Below are positions 50,695 through 59,319 of a stretch of 61,821 nt of DNA, piece after piece. The notes beneath the pieces are model-generated. The model searched no databases and was not told the DNA's origin. It worked only from the letters and a program-made list of their open reading frames with translations. Position 1 is the first letter of the stretch; each line of letters opens with the position of its first letter. Source of the DNA: Capsulimonadales bacterium (GTDB lineage Bacteria; Armatimonadota; Armatimonadia; Armatimonadales; Armatimonadaceae); the NCBI GenBank assembly GCA_033762295.1, contig JANRLW010000058.1, positions 1 to 61,821 of the forward strand. The letters run 5' to 3'. A program made the translations under genes and the position numbers.

Positions 50695-51636
50695 CTATAC
50701 CTTTTCCAGACCGGACCGTCCGAGGAGTCCGGCAGGGCGAACCAGCAGTACCACGATCAACAGCACGAACGCGACGGCATCGGTCCATCTCGACGGTTCG
50801 AAAAGCCCGATCCGAGGCGAGCCTTTGACGAACGACTCCGACAGTCCCATCAGCAGCCCCCCGAGCATCGCTCCCGGGATCGAGCCGATGCCGCCGACGA
50901 CTGCCGCGACGAACGCCTTCAGCCCCATCTGCAGACCGAGAAGGGGCAGGATCTTCACGTAGGTGAGGGCCGCGAACAGCATCCCGCCCGCACCGGCCAG
51001 AGCGGCCCCGAGTCCGAAGGTGAACGAGATCACGGCGTCCGTATTGATTCCCATCAACGCCGCCGCATCGGTATCGTGGGCGACCGCCCGCATCGCCTTT
51101 CCGATTTTCGTCCGCTGAACGATATACCAGAGAATCCCCATCAGGAGGGCGGCGACGATCACCAGCACCAGAAGATCCCTGGAGATGGTGATCTCCCCGA
51201 AACGGAGAGTCCCGGCCTCGCCCTGCGGAGTGACGTTGGGAAAGAACTTCGGGTCGGCCTTGAACAGCAGTTGCGCCCCGTTCACCAGGAAAAGCGACAC
51301 GCCGATCGCCGTTATCAGGGCGGTCAGTTTGGGCGCTTTACGGAGCGGACGGTACGCGAGGCGTTCGATGATCAGTCCGAGCAGGGCGCAGCCGACCATC
51401 GAGGCGAGGAGCGGCACGGTCAGCGCCAGCAGGGCGGCGGGCAACGACGGTTGCTGTCGCAGCTTCAGGGCGTCCGCCGTAAAGAAGCCGATATAGGCTC
51501 CGATCATGAAGACATCGCCATGCGCGAAATTGATCAGACGCAGGACGCCGTAAACCATCGTATAACCGAGTGCGATAAGCGCGTAAACGCTGCCAATCTG
51601 GATGCCGTTAATGATTAACTGTATGAATTGATCCAT
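50695..51636 (-). CDS. livH: Branched-chain amino acid ABC permease
   Basis: YALIALGYTMVYG...INFAHG, KAFVAAVVGG. Confidence 0.95.
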   Translation of the reverse strand: MDQFIQLIINGIQIGSVYALIALGYTMVYGVLRLINFAHGDVFMIGAYIGFFTADALKLRQQPSLPAALLALTVPLLASMVGCALLGLIIERLAYRPLRKAPKLTALITAIGVSLFLVNGAQLLFKADPKFFPNVTPQGEAGTLRFGEITISRDLLVLVIVAALLMGILWYIVQRTKIGKAMRAVAHDTDAAALMGINTDAVISFTFGLGAALAGAGGMLFAALTYVKILPLLGLQMGLKAFVAAVVGGIGSIPGAMLGGLLMGLSESFVKGSPRIGLFEPSRWTDAVAFVLLIVVLLVRPAGLLGRSGLEKV

Positions 51637-51698
51637 GGTCGGGAAAGCCGCGCCCGGTCTCCGGCAGACGATGTCCGCGGAAACCGGGAGTCAGCGTA

Positions 51699-52931
51699 TC
51701 AGGCATTCGGCTTGACGGTCGTTTTGTACACGAACTCTTCGCCCTTGATCTGCAGAACGACGGCGGGCTTGGAGGCGTTCCGCTCGGAATCGATCGTGAT
51801 ATCTCCGGTCACGCCTTTGAAATCGCGGGTCTTCGACAGTTCGTCCTTGATTTTCGCCCGTTCGATCGAGTTCGCCCGGCGGATGGCGTCCGCCAGGATC
51901 ATCATGGCATCATAGCCGAGGGCGGCCAGTCCGGACGGCGTCTTGCCGTTGTATTCGGTTTTGAACGCCTTGACGAAGTTCTGAACACGCGGCGACGCAT
52001 CGTCCTTGGAGTAGTGATTGGAGAAGAAACTGCCCTCGAGCGCGCCACCGGGGCCGCCCGCGCCCTTGACCAGATCCGGGGAGTCCCAGCCGTCGCAGCC
52101 GAGAAGCGGCGCTTTGATCCCGAGTTCGCGCGCCTGCCGGGCGATGGTTCCGACATCGTTGTAGTATCCGGGAACGAACAGGGCTTCGGCCCCTTTGACC
52201 TGACCCAGCTGGGACCGGAAGTCGGAGTCGTTCCCGCTGTAAGAGACATCGGCGATGATCTGTCCGCCGAGTTTGGGAAACTCCTGGGCAAAGACGTTGG
52301 CCAGTCCGACGGAGTAGTCCTCGCTCTGGTTGCGGAGGATCGCGACCTTCTTTACCTTGAGGGTTTCGGCAGCGAACCGGGCCATGACCAGCCCCTGAAA
52401 ATTATCGATGAAGCAGACGCGAAAGATATACGGGCCGACCTTGGTGACGTTTTCGTTGGTCGAGGACGGCGAGATCATCGGTATTCCGGCCTTGTCAAGG
52501 ACGGGCGCGGCGGCAAGCGACCGTTTCGAGGCCACTTCGCCGAGAACCGCGACCATCTTCGCGTCGGATGCGAACGCGGTGACGACGGTCTTCGCCTCCT
52601 CGGCCTTGCTCTGATCGTCCTGCGTTTCGAGTTTGAACGTTTTTCCCAGAACGCCCCCCTGAGCGTTCAGTTCCTTGATCGCCAGTTTGATCCCGTCGTT
52701 CGTCTCATTGCCGAAGGTGGCGGTATCGCCGGTCAGCGAGGCGAAGTGTCCGACGACGATCTCGTTTCCGGACGTGTCCTGGCTGGCCGCGCTCCCCCCG
52801 GCGGAGGCGCCTCCGGCCGGCGACCCGGCGGTTTCGGGCGTCTCGGACTTACATCCGACAACCCCTCCCAGCGAGGCGAACAGAGCGACGGCGGCGACGG
52901 TTTGAAAAAGGGCGGAACGTGTCAAGCGCAT
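51699..52931 (-). CDS. livK: Branched-chain amino acid ABC substrate-binding lipoprotein
   Basis: VVGC lipobox; INxxGG-like LNAQGG, GEVAS, FRVCFID, DGWD, ALGYDA. Confidence 0.9.
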   Translation of the reverse strand: MRLTRSALFQTVAAVALFASLGGVVGCKSETPETAGSPAGGASAGGSAASQDTSGNEIVVGHFASLTGDTATFGNETNDGIKLAIKELNAQGGVLGKTFKLETQDDQSKAEEAKTVVTAFASDAKMVAVLGEVASKRSLAAAPVLDKAGIPMISPSSTNENVTKVGPYIFRVCFIDNFQGLVMARFAAETLKVKKVAILRNQSEDYSVGLANVFAQEFPKLGGQIIADVSYSGNDSDFRSQLGQVKGAEALFVPGYYNDVGTIARQARELGIKAPLLGCDGWDSPDLVKGAGGPGGALEGSFFSNHYSKDDASPRVQNFVKAFKTEYNGKTPSGLAALGYDAMMILADAIRRANSIERAKIKDELSKTRDFKGVTGDITIDSERNASKPAVVLQIKGEEFVYKTTVKPNA

Positions 52932-53195
52932 GGGTACAAAAATCCTCAAAAACCTCTCAGCGTGAAAATCGAATCGGGCGGCGGTCGGGAAGGCGGCGGT
53001 CACACGAAACGGCGACGGGTACGAAGCGGCCGCTCCCCTCTCGACGGAAATTTCGGCACAGGACCGACGATGGCCCTGACCCGGGGCAACCATGACCACC
53101 GGTCGGCGAAACGATACTTCTCCGTTTCCCCGAAAAGCCTCCGACTTCCTTCCGCCGGATCGCTCGAACCGAACATTTTCCAGGGGGCGCAGGAA

Positions 53196-53534
53196 TCAAC
53201 AGGCGAAGGCGCTCTGCTCCGTCTGATGGATGGTGAACACGCGGACCAGGCCGGTAATATGGAAGACCTTGAAAATCTGCTCGTTGGGACAGATGATCCG
53301 AATCCCCCCACCCTTCTCCGTCGCCCGTTTCAGTCCGGCGACCAGAGTCCCCAGACCGGTCGAATCAATATAGTCTACACCCGTCAGGTTCACAATAATA
53401 TTCGGACTGATCTCGTCGATCAATGCGATCATTTTGTCGCGCAGTTTGGGCGAGTTATAGGAGTCCACTTCGCCGGTGAGATCCAGTACCGGGCTCCCAT
53501 TCACCAGACGAGTTTCCACCACCAAGTCTGCCAT
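53196..53534 (-). CDS. STAS anti-sigma factor antagonist (RsbV/SpoIIAA-like)
   Basis: GEVD, V.YIDSTGLG, FHITGL; AGGAG SD; GGTATACT upstream. Confidence 0.92.
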   Translation of the reverse strand: MADLVVETRLVNGSPVLDLTGEVDSYNSPKLRDKMIALIDEISPNIIVNLTGVDYIDSTGLGTLVAGLKRATEKGGGIRIICPNEQIFKVFHITGLVRVFTIHQTEQSAFAC

Positions 53535-53749
53535 CGTCAATGCTCCTGTGCCGCAGTTGCCTTTCTCGCATAGTATACCGGTACTCCCTTTGAAATACAC
53601 GAAGGCTTCGGTCGGATTCTCTCCGTAGCGGTTTCCCGTCCCGGACACCCCCGAACCGCCAACCACCGCGTAATTTCTCACAGCAAGGAAACCACCGCCT
53701 CCCTTCGCGACTCCAACGACATAGTGAAATGTTTCGAGGTGTTTTTTCG

Positions 53750-55717
53750 ATGAAAGGGCCGACCCGATTTCCGTGGCTGCGCGCCCTCCTGCCCATCCTT
53801 TTCGTTCTGATCGCGCTGAATGCGAGCGGGACCGGGGACGCGATCAACCGCGCCATCGCGGACCGTCATTTTCGCTGGCGCGCCGCCCTGCGTCCGATTC
53901 CGTTTCCCTCCGAATTGCTGGTGATCGCCGTCGACGATCGGACACCGGTAGGTCACCCCACCCGGCGCGAACTGGCGGCCGCGATCGATCGCCTCCGCCC
54001 CGCGCGTGTCGTCGCGATCGACTACCTGCTGGACGCCCACCCGGAGGAGAAGAGCGATGCCGTGCTGGGCGACGCCCTCCGACGGCACGGCAACGTCCTG
54101 CTGCCGCTCTACCGTTACAATACCTTCCGTCCGGTCGCCGGCGGTTCCCAGGCGGATACCGACCGACTCCTGCAGGCGTATCCGCGACCCGATGCCGATC
54201 CGGAGGATTTCGCGCCGATTCCCTCCATCTCTCTCCAACCCCCGTCTCCGTCGCTCGCCCGGTACGCCCGCGGCTTCGGTCTGGTCGATGTCAACGCCGG
54301 ACCGGATAACGTCTTTCGACAGCCGATCCTGATGCGACGGGCGACGCCGGAAGGCGCGCTGATTCCGCACCTGTCGCTCGCCCTCGCCGCACACGCCTCC
54401 GGCGAACCCCTTGCCGACGTCCTGCACGACGCCCCGGCCACCCTCCGCCTGAACGGACATACCGTGCCGCTGATGGCGCAGGGCAGTCTGCTCCTGTCGT
54501 CGTTCGCGCGCCGCCCCAATACGCCCGCGCCTTCCGCGCTCCGGGCGCTGATCTCCGGCGACCCGGTGGGCACACCGGTTCCGACGATCAGTTTCGCCGA
54601 TCTTTCCGTCCGGCCACCGGAATCCTTTCGCGACAAGGTCGTGCTGATCGGGGAGACGCGCACCGGTTCGACCGATATCCGCCCGGTAGCCACCGACAAC
54701 GGACTGCGCGGCGTCGAACTCACCGCACAGATCACCGCCTCGCTTCTTCGGGGCGACCGCTGGCAGTTCGTTCCCGGTGCCGTTCACCTGCTCCTGCTCG
54801 GGATCGCCCTGTTGCCGTTCCATTTCTACCGACGCGCCTCGCTGCGTCATGCGACCGTCTCCTCCCTCCTGACCCTGGCCGGACTGGTCGCCGCGTCCGA
54901 GGGCCTGTTTCACCTGGGCCACTTCGTCCCGGACTGGGCCACTCTGTTGAGCGCCTGGACCGCGAGTTCTCTGATCTGCGGACAACAACGGGCGGCCGAG
55001 GAGTATCGTCACCGCGAAAACCTCCGGCAGGAATTCTCCGCTTATGTCGCGCCCGAAATGGCCGAGGAGCTGCTGAATGAGGGCGGCGAACGCTGGGAAA
55101 GGCCGCGTCGCTTGCCGATGGCGATCCTCTTCTCCGACATTCGCGGCTTCACCACCTACGCCAGCGGTCAGCCGCCGGATCAGGTCCATCGCCAGTTGAC
55201 CGAGTACCTGAGCGAAATGACCGACGTTATCTTTTCGCACCGCGGATTCGTCGATAAGTTCATGGGCGACGGCATTATGGCTCTGTTCGACCCGTTCCGC
55301 CAGCGAGAGAACGTCTCCGCTACCGCCGTTCTGTGCGCCGTCGATATGCTCCGCCGCCTGGAACGCCTGAACGACCGCTGGGCGGCGCAGGGACTCCCGA
55401 CCTGGCGAGTCGGCATCGGCATCCACCGCGGCGAGGTCCTGTTCGGAAACCTCGGTTCCGCCCGCCGCAAAACGCTGACGGCGATCGGCGACTGCGTCAA
55501 TATCGCCTCCCGGATCGAGGGAGCCACCAAAGACTATCAGGTGACGCTCTTGATCTCGGAAGCGGTCCGGCGCGACGTCGAAGCGGCGCTCGACCGACAG
55601 ATCACGTTTACCGATGTCGGCCTGTTTTCCCCGCGCGGTCACCATGAAGAGCTCCGCCTCTTTTCGGTGCGCCCCCGACCGGACTCCCCCTCCTCGGAGC
55701 CAAAAGGAGATTCGTAA
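53750..55717 (+). CDS. CHASE2-domain class III adenylate cyclase
   Basis: IAVDD.T, IDYL, GVE CHASE2 motifs; TM helices; FSDIRGFT, DKFMGDG, TAIGD.VN.ASRIE. Confidence 0.92.
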   Translation: MKGPTRFPWLRALLPILFVLIALNASGTGDAINRAIADRHFRWRAALRPIPFPSELLVIAVDDRTPVGHPTRRELAAAIDRLRPARVVAIDYLLDAHPEEKSDAVLGDALRRHGNVLLPLYRYNTFRPVAGGSQADTDRLLQAYPRPDADPEDFAPIPSISLQPPSPSLARYARGFGLVDVNAGPDNVFRQPILMRRATPEGALIPHLSLALAAHASGEPLADVLHDAPATLRLNGHTVPLMAQGSLLLSSFARRPNTPAPSALRALISGDPVGTPVPTISFADLSVRPPESFRDKVVLIGETRTGSTDIRPVATDNGLRGVELTAQITASLLRGDRWQFVPGAVHLLLLGIALLPFHFYRRASLRHATVSSLLTLAGLVAASEGLFHLGHFVPDWATLLSAWTASSLICGQQRAAEEYRHRENLRQEFSAYVAPEMAEELLNEGGERWERPRRLPMAILFSDIRGFTTYASGQPPDQVHRQLTEYLSEMTDVIFSHRGFVDKFMGDGIMALFDPFRQRENVSATAVLCAVDMLRRLERLNDRWAAQGLPTWRVGIGIHRGEVLFGNLGSARRKTLTAIGDCVNIASRIEGATKDYQVTLLISEAVRRDVEAALDRQITFTDVGLFSPRGHHEELRLFSVRPRPDSPSSEPKGDS

Positions 55718-56908
55718 ATGCTGTTGCTCTCCGCGATCGAACACAATGAGACCTTTGCCGACCGCGCCGAACGGACCGCAGCCCAGGTCCACGACGCTCG
55801 TTACCGTGCCGAACGGGACGAGCGAGAACGCCGATTACGACGCCGGGATACTCTGTTTGCCTGGCTGCGCTTCGCGATCGGGGCGGTCGTACTGGCGATA
55901 CTCGCCCTCCTGATCGATGGGATACGTCGAGAGAACGGGGAGTTGTTCGCCCATGTTCTGTCGTTCGTCCCGGCCGCCGATGTCCGACGCGCGGCGGACA
56001 GCAAAACCGAACCGGTCCGGGCGAAAATGAACCTGGCCCATCACGACCTGATCCGGACCGATGTGAACGGCACCGCGACCCTCTCCTTCCCCGATGGCAG
56101 CGGCGTCCTCGTCCAGCCGCAGACGCATTTCGAGGTACGTCTGGTCGATTACGCCCGCAACGGCCGACGAAACCGCAGTTTCTTCCTGCGGTACGGCGGC
56201 GTTTTTTCCCGCATCTCCAAAGCGTTCGGCCAGGGCGGTCAGACCCTCATCAGCACTCCGAACGCCGTCGCGGCCGCGCGCGGCACCGGATACACCGTCT
56301 TCTACGATCCGGATTCCAACGGGACCGTGGTCGAGGTGATCGAAAGCAAGGTCCGACTGACCAACGGCGGCGGGTCGATCCTGCTCTCCGCCGGACAGCG
56401 GGGCAGGGCCATCGGAAACGCACCGCCGCAGATCGACGCCCTGGACGGGCCACGTCGAACCCAGCTGACCACCTTTCTCAATCAGCTTCAGCGGAACGAT
56501 CTTCCGCCTCCGGCGATCCTCCGCCCGATCCTCGAGCCGATCCTCCGGGCCGAACGCGCCCTGCTCGGGGTTCTCGATCCGGGCCTGCAACTGGTGGGGG
56601 TCATTCCCGGTGGCTGGAACCTACAGGATAACGATAACGCCCGCCGCCTGCAGGCCAATCGGCGGCTACAGGATCTGCAGAAGGGATTGACCGACGAGGT
56701 TCCGGAGCGTATTACCCTGCATACGCTGGCCGAACTGTCGCTTCCGGAGGAGGAGCGTCAGCGAATACTCGCCGGTTTCGCCCATGAGATGCTGGAGAGT
56801 TACCGGAAAACGGGCGCGAGCGGGTATATCGTGCGGGCGCGGGCGCGCGACAGCCGGAATACGCTCTACGAGTTGACCGAAACCGGGGTCCGGGAGGTCA
56901 AGCCCTGA
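55718..56908 (+). CDS. Membrane-anchored FecR-domain protein
   Basis: N-terminal TM; D.IRT....A.L.F.DGS, TPNAVAAARGT; ATG directly after the cyclase TAA. Confidence 0.85.
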   Translation: MLLLSAIEHNETFADRAERTAAQVHDARYRAERDERERRLRRRDTLFAWLRFAIGAVVLAILALLIDGIRRENGELFAHVLSFVPAADVRRAADSKTEPVRAKMNLAHHDLIRTDVNGTATLSFPDGSGVLVQPQTHFEVRLVDYARNGRRNRSFFLRYGGVFSRISKAFGQGGQTLISTPNAVAAARGTGYTVFYDPDSNGTVVEVIESKVRLTNGGGSILLSAGQRGRAIGNAPPQIDALDGPRRTQLTTFLNQLQRNDLPPPAILRPILEPILRAERALLGVLDPGLQLVGVIPGGWNLQDNDNARRLQANRRLQDLQKGLTDEVPERITLHTLAELSLPEEERQRILAGFAHEMLESYRKTGASGYIVRARARDSRNTLYELTETGVREVKP

Positions 56909-56963
56909 GTTCCCGCCCCCGAGCCGCACGGACCCGACCGCAATCCGATCGGTTCATCATCGG

Positions 56964-57698
56964 TCAATCGGTCCGGGCGTCTCGCAGCCATTTGACATGA
57001 CCGTCCAGGAACACCCGGTTTCGGCCGCCCATATGCGCGGATTTCCCCCGGATGCCGCCGGGGATACTCGGGATGGTTCGCGGGAAATAGGGATCGACGA
57101 CCAGTTCGACATCGGCGGGTCCGAGCGGGTCGCGCGGCGTGATGGTCGTGTTTCCGGACGCCCGGAGGTCGTCGGCGGCCTGCTGCTCCGTCTTGCCCCA
57201 GAAGTTATCGAGCGGCACCGGATCATCGGGCCGGTCGAAGCGCCAGATCCAGTAATGGGAGTCATCGGTCGAATCGGGCGCGCCACCCCCGACCTTCTGA
57301 GCGACCCGCACCTCCTGCCCGAATAAACCCTTCACGGAGGGGCAGGAGAACATCTCCCCGCTCTTCAGGTAGGGATTCAGCACCTCGGCGGCCCACCCGG
57401 CACGCGGATCGGACGGCGGCCAACCCGTCCATTCCGGTCCACCGGGTCCGTCGGACCGGTAGCCGAGTTCGATCTTCAGATCTCGCCGATCGGGCAGACG
57501 TTCATCGAAATCCTGCAGGTACATCCCGAACGCCAGACCGATCTGCCGCAGGTTGCTCTGACAGGTCGCCTGACGGGCCTTCTCCCGCGCCCCGGCAAAG
57601 ACAGGGAAAAGAACCGCTGCCAGCAAGGCGATGATCGCCACAACGACGAGCAATTCGATCAGCGTAAATCCCGGATACCGGCCAAAACGAGTATGCAT
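56964..57698 (-). CDS. Prepilin-type N-terminal cleavage / DUF1559-like protein with H-X9-DG motif
   Basis: [51 protein letters not shown]. Confidence 0.92.
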   Translation of the reverse strand: MHTRFGRYPGFTLIELLVVVAIIALLAAVLFPVFAGAREKARQATCQSNLRQIGLAFGMYLQDFDERLPDRRDLKIELGYRSDGPGGPEWTGWPPSDPRAGWAAEVLNPYLKSGEMFSCPSVKGLFGQEVRVAQKVGGGAPDSTDDSHYWIWRFDRPDDPVPLDNFWGKTEQQAADDLRASGNTTITPRDPLGPADVELVVDPYFPRTIPSIPGGIRGKSAHMGGRNRVFLDGHVKWLRDARTD

Positions 57699-57762
57699 CA
57701 AGGAAAGTGTATCGCGGTTTCGCGCTTCCGTCCGTCGGGATCGTCCGGGTCGCTCCCGTGCG

Positions 57763-59157
57763 TTATCGTCGCCGGAACGCCCGCCGGGCGACGAGCAGGC
57801 CGATACCCCCCAGAACGAGCAGCGCGCTGGCCGGTTCGGGCGCGGCCAGCGAGAGCAGGAACAAGCCGTTGTTCCGGTCCCCGGCGAGGATCGTTCCGGA
57901 CGGCAGGAAGGGGTAGTTCCCCCACTGGCCGTTAAAGGTGGTTTCCGGTCGGGCATCGTCGGCGGGGTAGGTGTCGAAATACGCGGCAGAGGAGAGCGAC
58001 CTTTGAATGTCGCGTGCGGTTCCGTCAGCGTTACGCGGTCCGTCCGCCACCGCCGCCAGTCCGCTCAGGTCGAAGACCCGCAGACCGTCCGTGTAGTTGG
58101 ACATATAGACAAGATTCTCTTTGATGAACAGATTGTGGTCGATCACCCGGCTGTCATGGACGAACGCGCCCAGGTAGCGCGGACGGTCCAGTTCCTTCAG
58201 GTCCCAGAAGTGCGTTCGTGTCCGCATGTTCGGATCGCCCACGGTGTTGTTTTCATCGAGTTCGTCGTTCTGGATGAAGAATCGCTGATCCTCGGTGAGC
58301 CATCCCTGATGGGTATAGCCGAGTCCGGAGTAGCGGGACGTCGCGAGAATGGTCCGCTGCGCCTTGTCGGTCATATCGACGATACGCAATCCGGTCGTTC
58401 CCTGGGAGTTGATCGCGATCTCCTTCCCCTGAAAGCGAGCGTCCGGACCGTCGTACACCACGACCAGGGAGTCATGCACATAGTTGGCGGTAAAGTTCGC
58501 CGCGAGGCTGGGAGTCAGCGGGTTGGCCAGGCTGACGATCTGCTGGCCGGCGTTGGAACCGTTCAGGTAGGCGAACCCGGTCGCTTCGTTGATCGTGATG
58601 GTATGGACATTGGTCACGCCGGTATAACGCGCATCGGGGGTCCAGGTTTGCGGTGTGGTGACGCCTCGCAGTCGGGTCAGGTCGAGGATCTGGACGCCAT
58701 GCGCGCCGTTGCCGTCGGAGACCACATACAGGTAGTTTCGGTAGGTCGCGAGTTCACGCCAGACCGAGACGCCGGTCGCGGTCGGCATCTGCCCTAGATA
58801 GACCGGGCGGTTCCGGTCGGTCACGTCGATGATCGAGGTTCCGTTGGACAGGCCGTACAGGGCGTACTCCCGCCCGGTCTGCGGATCGCGCCATCCCCAG
58901 AGCGCGCTTCCTCGCTGTCCCGCCCCCCCGATCTGATCGAGCGGCAGCCAGGCGTTGAGTTTCATCCGGTCGGAACGGAAGGCCGCTCCTGAGGCCGCCG
59001 GATTGCCCGAACCGAGGCCGCCTCCGGTGGACGAGCCGCCGCAGCCGCAGACGCAGGCCCCCTCGCAGGAGGTGCCGCACCCTTCACAGGCGACCGTGAC
59101 TCGTACGGACCAGGAAACCAGCAGAAACGTGAGAACGGCGAAGCGAATCAGTTTCAC
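57763..59157 (-). CDS. Choice-of-anchor B-type (LVIVD-like beta-propeller) protein with PEP-CTERM
   Basis: WGW.DP.TGREYA, WRE, Y.HD, YTHQGW, DELDE, DHN, W..YPF.PSG; C-terminal PEP + TM + RRR. Confidence 0.88.
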   Translation of the reverse strand: MKLIRFAVLTFLLVSWSVRVTVACEGCGTSCEGACVCGCGGSSTGGGLGSGNPAASGAAFRSDRMKLNAWLPLDQIGGAGQRGSALWGWRDPQTGREYALYGLSNGTSIIDVTDRNRPVYLGQMPTATGVSVWRELATYRNYLYVVSDGNGAHGVQILDLTRLRGVTTPQTWTPDARYTGVTNVHTITINEATGFAYLNGSNAGQQIVSLANPLTPSLAANFTANYVHDSLVVVYDGPDARFQGKEIAINSQGTTGLRIVDMTDKAQRTILATSRYSGLGYTHQGWLTEDQRFFIQNDELDENNTVGDPNMRTRTHFWDLKELDRPRYLGAFVHDSRVIDHNLFIKENLVYMSNYTDGLRVFDLSGLAAVADGPRNADGTARDIQRSLSSAAYFDTYPADDARPETTFNGQWGNYPFLPSGTILAGDRNNGLFLLSLAAPEPASALLVLGGIGLLVARRAFRRR

Positions 59158-59271
59158 GGGAGCGACTTTCTATGAGGCAATTTTGCCGGCAGGATTTGTA
59201 CTCACCTGCGGAATACTCCCATTATACCCATAGACCGGCCCGCCGACCGATGCGCCAACCGATCCGCGCAC

Positions 59272-59307
59272 AAAAAAGCGGCCCCGATTTCGGGGCCGCT
59301 TTTTTTT
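59272..59307. terminator. Intrinsic terminator of clpC
   Basis: aaaaaagcggccccga-tt-tcggggccgctttttttt. Confidence 0.9.
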
Positions 59308-59319
59308 GGTTTTCCGAGT

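Noticed and set aside
53140..53162. Minus-strand CGGAAGGAAG resembling the SRP RNA helix 8 motif
   Set aside because: The flanking CAGG and CAGC asymmetric-loop residues and the long stem are absent
59158..59220. GGGAGTA start resembling a yybP-ykoY riboswitch
   Set aside because: It lies immediately after the -10 box so would not be transcribed, and the remaining consensus is missing
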